This document shows positions 8,901 through 13,412 of a DNA stretch of 13,412 bases, piece after piece. Below the pieces are notes generated by a model. It searched no databases, was not told the DNA's origin, and saw only the letters and a list, made by a program, of their open reading frames with translations. The stretch's first letter is position 1. Every line of letters starts with the position of its first letter. The stretch spans positions 1-13,412 of the forward strand of contig JBFGJG010000076.1 in the NCBI GenBank assembly GCA_041577295.1. Reading direction: 5' to 3'. The translations under genes and the position numbers were made by a program. The stretch is from Gemmatimonadales bacterium (GTDB taxonomy: Bacteria; Gemmatimonadota; Gemmatimonadetes; Gemmatimonadales; GWC2-71-9).

Positions 8901-9077
8901 CTGCGGCGCCTGCTCGCTGAAGTCGGTCTGCACGATCACCTGCACGTCGGACAGATCCGGGATCGCATCGAGTGGCGTGGTGCGCATCGCCCAAATCCCG
9001 CCCGCGATGAGCGTGGCTGTTCCCAAGAGCACCAGGAACCGGTTCCGGACGGACCACGTGATGATCGCGTTAATCAT
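5913..9077 (-). CDS. cusA: Heavy-metal efflux RND permease, CusA/SilA type (Cu(I)/Ag(I))
   Basis: 1054 aa. Motifs 'DAIPDLSDVQVIV', 'IYWARSRVLEYL', 'LGPDATGVGW', 'GAMVDAAIVMIEN'. Met residues in 'LFMPTT', 'PLDMYETTI' and 'RIDMLATG' match the contexts of the E. coli CusA Met573/623/672 metal triad. Confidence 0.95.
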   Translation of the reverse strand: MINAIITWSVRNRFLVLLGTATLIAGGIWAMRTTPLDAIPDLSDVQVIVQTDFSEQAPQIVEDQITYPIATEMLKVPGARVVRGFSFFGLSLVYVIFEDGTDIYWARSRVLEYLNGIRQQLPRGVEPTLGPDATGVGWVFEYVLESDSLDLAQLRTLQDWYVRYQLTAVPGVSEVASLGGFVKQYQVEVDPERLRAFDIPVTHVARAIGDHNVDIGARVLEMGGREYMIRGLGYLDGVSDIENVTVGATMRGTPIRVADVATVQIGPAPRRGAADLDGKGEVVAGIVVMRFGSDALKTIEAVKQRIAEIQEGLPADVRLRTVYDRSDLIHRAIRTLRDKLIEELLIVAGVAVLFLLHARSALVAIVTLPLGILISFVVMRSIGVNANIMSLGGIAIAIGAMVDAAIVMIENMHKHLERAENTTASRWDIVLASAKQVGPPLFFSLLIITFSFLPVFALEQQEGRLFKPLAFTKTFAMAGSALLSITLVPVLMGYLIRGKIRSEAANPISRALRWTYKPVIDFVLRRPWLVIGAAAAILIATILPWQRLGSEFMPPLHEGSVLFMPTTVPGVSIAQAREIMRYQDSVLGSFPEVQTVLGKAGRAETATDPAPLDMYETTITLKPTEQWRKGMTYSRLIAEMDRAVRMPGVTNAWTMPIKGRIDMLATGVRTAVGIKIFGPNLDTLQTLGERVERIMQQIPGTRSAFAERGVSGFYVDIDIDRSQAARYGLNVGDIHDAIMATVGGMTAAVTVEGRERYDVSVRYPRELRDDVQKLREVIIPAMGGIQIPLGQIATVQVVQGPMAVKTEDAFPVTTIFVDIGERDVGSYVREAQQVVANELQLPAGYSLIWSGQFEFMQRVAQKLRIVVPVTLGVIFLLLYLNFRGVTESLIVMLALPFSLVGGIWFLWILGYNTSVAVWVGFIALAGVAAETGVVMLIYLDEAFHRQRLEGRIRTPKDVAAAVREGALERLRPVIMTVTATIAGLAPIMWSSGTGADVMKRIASPMVGGMLTATALTLIVIPAIYLLWRQWQVRREPDRAVRPALQEQMVVATES

Positions 9078-10293
9078 GGCGGTGCGCCGGCTGCGTGTCG
9101 GGCTCGATGGCAGCCGCCTCCCCGCCGTGTTGCATGCCGGGCATGGCGCTTCCCGTCGAGGCCAAGCGTGACTCGGCGTCCACGAGGAAGTTGGCCGAGG
9201 CGACGATGGCCTCGCCTTCCGCCAGGCCCTGGAGGATTTGGACCCTATTGCCGGCGCGCGTGCCGAGCACCACGTCGCGCGGTCCCAACATTCCGTCGTC
9301 GTCTCGCACGAAGACCAGGTTTCGCTGGCCGGTCACCACCACGGCGTCGACCGGCACCGTCAGCACATCTGGGCCGATCTGTGCATCGAAGAACAAGGTG
9401 GCGAACATCCCTGGTTTGAGGCGCATCCCCGGATTGGGCACGGTGACGCGCACCCGATTGGTGCGACTCTGGACGTCGACCACGGGATAGACGAAGCTCA
9501 CCCGTCCCATGAGATGCTCGCCGCGATACGCGGCGACCTCGATGTGGGCTTGGGATCCGACACGCACGAACTGCAGGTCCTGCTCGAACACATCGCCTTC
9601 CACCCAGACCTCCCGCAGATCCACCAGACGGTACAGGCGCATGCCCGGCGTGACCTGCTGTCCCTCAAAGACGCCCTTTTCGAGCACGATCCCGGTAACC
9701 GGCGACACGAGTGTCAGCGTCTTGGTGACCACACCGGTTTGTTCGATCTGTGAGATCTGCTCATCAGTGATGTCCCAGTAAGCCAAGCGACGTCGTGAGG
9801 CCTCGAGCATGGACTGGGCATTGCGCCACGCCTCACCCGCGGTCGAGTCGACCTGCGACGCCAGTCGCTTGGCGGTGAGCAACTCCTCTTGCGCGGCGAC
9901 GAGCATGGGGCTGTAGAGCGCGAGCAGCGGTTGGCCTTGGCGGACCGACTCGCCCGTCGAGCTCACGAACAAGCGCTCGACAAAGCCCTCGATCTTGGGA
10001 GTGATGTCTGCGACTCTGGGTTCCGCGGGCTCGATCCGCCCCACGGTACGGATGGTTCGCGTGAGGGTTTCCCGCTGCACCGTGGTGTAGACGACCCCCA
10101 ACGCGCGTTCTTGCTCGGACGTGAGGTGCACCGGCTGACGGATGAGGGCGCCCGTAGTATCCACGGCGCCTTGAGTTCCCCCGGCTTGCATCCGCGCATG
10201 TTCTTCCGCGGTCATGCCGGCCATCGGGGACTCGTCATCGCCACGGTTGCACGCAGCGAGGACGGCTATGAGCAAAAGGCTCGAGTACTTCAT
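9070..10293 (-). CDS. cusB: RND periplasmic adaptor (membrane fusion protein), CusB type; probable lipoprotein
   Basis: 407 aa with lipobox-like 'LAAC' at residues 12-15. Motifs 'GFVERL', 'GQPLLALYSPMLVAAQEE', 'LKPGMFA', 'SANFLVDAES'. GGAG RBS upstream. Overlaps cusA by 8 nt and the OMF gene by 4 nt (ATGA). Confidence 0.92.
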   Translation of the reverse strand: MKYSSLLLIAVLAACNRGDDESPMAGMTAEEHARMQAGGTQGAVDTTGALIRQPVHLTSEQERALGVVYTTVQRETLTRTIRTVGRIEPAEPRVADITPKIEGFVERLFVSSTGESVRQGQPLLALYSPMLVAAQEELLTAKRLASQVDSTAGEAWRNAQSMLEASRRRLAYWDITDEQISQIEQTGVVTKTLTLVSPVTGIVLEKGVFEGQQVTPGMRLYRLVDLREVWVEGDVFEQDLQFVRVGSQAHIEVAAYRGEHLMGRVSFVYPVVDVQSRTNRVRVTVPNPGMRLKPGMFATLFFDAQIGPDVLTVPVDAVVVTGQRNLVFVRDDDGMLGPRDVVLGTRAGNRVQILQGLAEGEAIVASANFLVDAESRLASTGSAMPGMQHGGEAAAIEPDTQPAHRHD

Positions 10294-11591
10294 GGTATGT
10301 CTCCAAGGTCCATGCTGACGAGCGCTTCGATTTCCGCTACAACTCGCTGGAACTGCGCTGCGAGCCGCACGGACTCGATCTTGTATCGGTTCACCGTCAT
10401 TTCGCTCTCGACGAGCGTCATGTAGTCCACCCGTCCCACCCGGTAGGCAGATAGCGCTGATTCCACCGCGGCCCGAGCTTGCGGCAGCACCGCGGACGCG
10501 TAGAGGCCCGAGAGATTCTGCGCGCGCGCGGCCTCGGCTCTCAGCTCGGCGAGGCGCGCGAAGGTTTCGTTGTACAGGTCGAGTTCCGTCGCTTCCTCGC
10601 TCGCCTGCATGGCCAGCATCTCGCGACGCATGGGCAGCTGGCGCGCTCCGGCGAACAAGGGGATCGTGACGCCCACCATGATCGTGGCCATGTCGTCGAA
10701 CTGTGGGCGCTGCCCGTAGCTCAGCCCTACCATGAAATCGGGGTAGATCTCGCGGCGGGCTGCACGGTATCCAGCTTCGGCCGCTTCGACTCTCGCCCGC
10801 ACGGCTTGGAGCGCCGGCCGGGACAGAGCGGCCTGCTCCATGAGTGCCTCGACCTCGGGTAACTCGACCCGCGGTGGAGGCAGCTCGAGTGCGCCAACTT
10901 GCGCGGTGGCTTCCCGGCCCATGAGCGCGTTCAAACGGGCGGCCGTGGCCAGACGATCTTGCTGCATGACGGTGATGTCCTCCGTCATGGAGGCGATCGC
11001 CACCTGTGCCTGGAGGACGTCTTGCTGTTGACCCGTCCCGACCGCGTACATCGCGGAGGAAACACGCAAGAAGTCCCGCAGGAGATCACGTGTCTCCACC
11101 ATGATGTCGAGCGCTCGATCCATGTATGCCAGTTGGTAGTAGACCGACTTCACGCTCGCGACGAGTCCCAGCTCGGTTTCGTCGGCATCGAGCGCGAGGG
11201 CATCGGCGAGCCGACGCGCTCGCGCTTTGGCGAAGCGCAGCTTTCCCGGCCACGGCACCATCTGACCGAGTTGGATCTGATTCATGGTCATGGGCTCGTC
11301 GGTGCCGAAGTTGGTTATGGGCCGGTTCATCAACGCAAACGACAGCTGCGGGTCGGGAACCGCGCCCGCTTGCGGCACGCGCTCGAATGCCGCGACGGCC
11401 CGTAGCCTCGCGGCCTGGAGACCGGGGTTGGCCTCGCGGGCGATGGTGAGTGCATCGACGAGACGCAACGTGTCGGGCGCGATCTCTTGGGCGGGCAGTG
11501 GACCAGACGGGGCCACGGCCAGTGCGGTCAGGAGTATGAGCCATCGCCGTGTGCATTCCACGGCAGGCCGGACTCCACCAGGTTGGTGCAT
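10290..11591 (-). CDS. cusC: TolC-family outer membrane factor of the efflux system (CusC/CzcC-like)
   Basis: OEP-type helical repeats ('ANPGLQAAR', 'VPDPQLSF', 'QMVPWPGKL', 'YPDFMVG', 'VTIPLF', 'AYRVGRVDY'). First gene of an overlapping C-B-A operon. The start was moved from 11639 to ATG 11591 because GGAGAGG lies 6 nt upstream and a signal-peptide-like segment (RRWLILLTALAVAP) follows; the start is inferred. Confidence 0.85.
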   Translation of the reverse strand: MHQPGGVRPAVECTRRWLILLTALAVAPSGPLPAQEIAPDTLRLVDALTIAREANPGLQAARLRAVAAFERVPQAGAVPDPQLSFALMNRPITNFGTDEPMTMNQIQLGQMVPWPGKLRFAKARARRLADALALDADETELGLVASVKSVYYQLAYMDRALDIMVETRDLLRDFLRVSSAMYAVGTGQQQDVLQAQVAIASMTEDITVMQQDRLATAARLNALMGREATAQVGALELPPPRVELPEVEALMEQAALSRPALQAVRARVEAAEAGYRAARREIYPDFMVGLSYGQRPQFDDMATIMVGVTIPLFAGARQLPMRREMLAMQASEEATELDLYNETFARLAELRAEAARAQNLSGLYASAVLPQARAAVESALSAYRVGRVDYMTLVESEMTVNRYKIESVRLAAQFQRVVAEIEALVSMDLGDIP

Positions 11592-11596
11592 AAACT

Positions 11597-11682
11597 GCCT
11601 CTCCAACGGTGAAAGCATTCGCAGTGTCCCTGGGCGCATGCGCCGCCCAGGACAAAGAGCACGACTGTGAGTTTGGAGGGGC
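11597..11682 (-). promoter_or_regulatory. Putative translational attenuator (anti-SD/SD stem plus internal hairpin) in front of cusC
   Basis: On the mRNA, GCCCCUCCAA (11682-11673) pairs 9/10 with UUGGAGAGGC (11606-11597), which contains the SD. An internal 11-bp hairpin with one bulge lies at 11625-11654. Confidence 0.65.
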
Positions 11683-12017
11683 TAGGCTCGAGGGGGTGGG
11701 GACAGGTTCCGTGCAAGGAGACGGTTCGGGTGCACAGCGATCTGCGGCCGCAACTCCCGGTGTTCCGGCAGCACCGATACGGCGACCATCGGGTCGAATA
11801 CTGGGGCGACGTTCGTGGCGGTACAGACGTCGTTGCCGTGACAACCGTCCATGCCGTCGAAATCGATGAGGGTATTCCCCGACTTCCCATGGCTATCGTG
11901 CATGACCGCCATCGAGTGGTCGGTGAGGTCACAGATTACGGGCCTGCCATAGGGCACCAAGAGCACCCCCAAAATGAGGGCGCTCAAGAAGGTGCTGGGG
12001 ATGCCACGCGAGAACAT
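11682..12017 (-). CDS. Small exported leader-type protein (DUF2946/CutF/CopL-like architecture), about 111 aa
   Basis: From ATG 12017: hydrophobic signal/TM segment (FLSALILGVLLVPY), Cys/His/Met-rich middle (CDLTDHSMAVMHDSH; GMDGCHGNDVC) and C-terminal 'LSPPPRA*'. Lies directly upstream of the metal efflux operon. Family assignment is by architecture only. Confidence 0.7.
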   Translation of the reverse strand: MFSRGIPSTFLSALILGVLLVPYGRPVICDLTDHSMAVMHDSHGKSGNTLIDFDGMDGCHGNDVCTATNVAPVFDPMVAVSVLPEHRELRPQIAVHPNRLLARNLSPPPRA

Positions 12018-12023
12018 GTGAGA

Positions 12024-12029
12024 ATAATA
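12024..12029 (-). promoter_or_regulatory. Candidate -10 element giving a leaderless transcript of the leader ORF
   Basis: Minus strand reads TATTAT-tctcac-ATG: 5/6 match to TATAAT, 6 nt before ATG 12017, with no SD. No convincing -35. Confidence 0.5.
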
Positions 12030-12049
12030 CTCGGACCGGGGATCGGTTC

Positions 12050-12104
12050 CTAGCACCCGAGTTCTAGAGAGCATTGAGAGCTCAGTAAGGGTCCTGGGTG
12101 CTAG
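12050..12104. repeat. 9-bp inverted repeat in the divergent intergenic region
   Basis: CTAGCACCC (12050-12058)/GGGTGCTAG (12096-12104) with a 37-nt spacer containing GAGC (12069-12072)/GCTC (12080-12083). Confidence 0.5.
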
Positions 12105-12241
12105 TGAGCATACTCTGCCGCGTCCGGCTGCATGAGCACGGATCTGCCCCCCGGCGCATGAATCGGGTTATCGACTCTGCTGGCTGGCGCCGCAGATTGC
12201 CCCGTGCCGAGTTGCCCAAACCGCCAAGGGAGCCCGATCTT

Positions 12242-12802
12242 ATGGGCATGTCCGTCCAAATCCCGCGCTACACCGCGGAAGAGGTCCGCAACTTCCCAGA
12301 CGACCGGCTGCGCTACGAGGTCATCCGCGGCGAGCTGTTCGTGACACCGGCGCCCGGGACTGCTCATCAGCGGCTGGTGATCGAGCTCGCGGCAGCGTTC
12401 AAGGCGTATCTCGACCGGTACGGTCTGGGTGAGGTGCTCGTCGCGCCTTACGAGGTGGAGTTCGCCGAGGATACGGCGGTGCAGCCGGACGTCCTCGTCA
12501 TCCTGCGTGATCGCGCTCACCACGTTACAAAAAAACGTCTAATGGGCCCGCCGTCCCTCGCGGTGGAGGTGATCTCCTACTCCAGCAAGCGGACCGACCG
12601 GCTCCAGAAGCGCTCGCTGTATATGGAAGAGGGAGTCGAGGAGTACTGGATCGTGGACCCGGAGCAACGCCGGGTCGAGCTGTGGCGGCCGAGGGCTGAC
12701 CAACCGGAGGTATTGACCCAGCGCTTGGTGTGGGCACCGCGGCCGGGGGTGCTCCCGCTCGAGCTCGACCTCGGTGAGATGTTTCGGAAGGCCGCGCGCT
12801 AA
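12242..12802 (+). CDS. Uma2 family (DUF820) PD-(D/E)xK nuclease-fold protein
   Basis: Motifs 'RYEVIRGELFVTPAPGTAHQR', 'VQPDVLV', 'GPPSLAVEVISYS', 'DRLQKRSLY..GVEEYWIVDP'. Start placed at ATG 12242 (AAGGGAG 9 nt upstream), giving 186 aa; ATG 12248 is an alternative. Confidence 0.9.
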   Translation: MGMSVQIPRYTAEEVRNFPDDRLRYEVIRGELFVTPAPGTAHQRLVIELAAAFKAYLDRYGLGEVLVAPYEVEFAEDTAVQPDVLVILRDRAHHVTKKRLMGPPSLAVEVISYSSKRTDRLQKRSLYMEEGVEEYWIVDPEQRRVELWRPRADQPEVLTQRLVWAPRPGVLPLELDLGEMFRKAAR

Positions 12803-12833
12803 ACGCCAATAGGCCGTCGGTGGGCAACCTCCA

Positions 12834-13394
12834 TTACCTCGCCCGCCGCCTTCCCTCCCACGCGTCGATGGTATCCAAGAAACCCGGACAGTAGTGTTCC
12901 TTCGTTCGTTGACCAGTCACGAGTGTCCACACGTGGGGGATCGCGCGCATTTCGCAGCCGGGTGTTGCAATGACGCTCGACAACACGAACGACAGACCGA
13001 GGTGCCCCGACCAGTAGACCATCCACAGCAGCGCGAAGAGACCCAGTGGAGGGGCCCACCACGTTCCGTACGCGACGAGGTCAATTACGATTAACCCGGC
13101 GGCCACCACTACGACGGCGACCCGCGGCCAGGATTCCCAGTTACGCGTGAACCCGATGTTGACGACGTAAGGCGTGACCAGAAGACCGATCGCGACGCCC
13201 ACCCACCAGGTCCAGTGTGAGGGCGCGGTCGTGCCGAGCAGCCCGCTTGATCCGTTCCGCAACAAGTCAAACGTCAGCGTCAGCAGCCACAGGCCCATCA
13301 GCAGGCGAACCACCCGACCGACAATGCGCGGTTTGGGAAGCGATCCCTGCTCCTCGAACTGGGTTTCCAGCTTGTTCTGCGGGCGAGTGGTCAT
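12834..13394 (-). CDS. Uncharacterised multi-pass membrane protein with C-terminal GCE and Cys motifs
   Basis: 186 aa with AGGAGG 5 nt upstream of the ATG. About 4 hydrophobic Trp-rich segments, then 'TPGCEMRAIPH' and 'EHYCPGFLD'. Confidence 0.75.
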   Translation of the reverse strand: MTTRPQNKLETQFEEQGSLPKPRIVGRVVRLLMGLWLLTLTFDLLRNGSSGLLGTTAPSHWTWWVGVAIGLLVTPYVVNIGFTRNWESWPRVAVVVVAAGLIVIDLVAYGTWWAPPLGLFALLWMVYWSGHLGLSFVLSSVIATPGCEMRAIPHVWTLVTGQRTKEHYCPGFLDTIDAWEGRRRAR

Positions 13395-13412
13395 GCTCGC
13401 CTCCTGTCTTCA

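Noticed and set aside
11592..11639. N-terminal extension of the OMF from ATG 11639
   Set aside because: That ATG is inside a hairpin loop with no SD; ATG 11591 has GGAGAGG at good spacing and precedes the signal-like segment.
12098..12241. N-terminal 48-aa extension of the Uma2 ORF
   Set aside because: No family-like sequence; an SD-like AAGGGAG precedes ATG 12242, which gives a typical Uma2 length.
12242..12802. Uma2 nuclease as effector of the AAGCTT array or part of a restriction system
   Set aside because: It lies 6.5 kb from the array with no methyltransferase nearby, and Uma2 paralogues are commonly scattered through genomes; nothing in the sequence links them.
1..13412. Mobile element, tRNA or rRNA genes
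   Set aside because: No transposase/integrase motifs, and no tRNA cloverleaf or rRNA-like sequence was recognised.

Overview
GC-rich bacterial window; the gene content would fit a Gemmatimonadota-like or other diderm lineage, but taxonomy cannot be assigned from this sequence. It is dominated by a copper/silver-resistance locus on the minus strand, in transcription order: a small Cys/His/Met-containing leader ORF ending in PPPRA, a TolC/CusC-type outer-membrane factor, a CusB-type adaptor, a CusA-type HME-RND pump, a 583-bp intergenic region, and a CopB-type (CPH, P1B-3) ATPase. On the left are a 5'-truncated NTF2/SnoaL-like protein and a secreted S9 peptidase with an extra C-terminal domain. 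On the right are a Uma2-family nuclease-fold gene and a small Cys-motif membrane protein. Two signals stand out. (1) The cusA-copB spacer holds a 12-unit array of AAGCTT palindromes at an exact 21-bp period with variable 15-nt linkers, flanked by an AT-rich stretch and a nested hairpin. (2) An anti-Shine-Dalgarno stem begins at the stop codon of the proline-rich leader ORF and pairs with the RBS of the efflux operon, suggesting ribosome-stalling control of cusCBA. All calls are by eye; no database searches were run.
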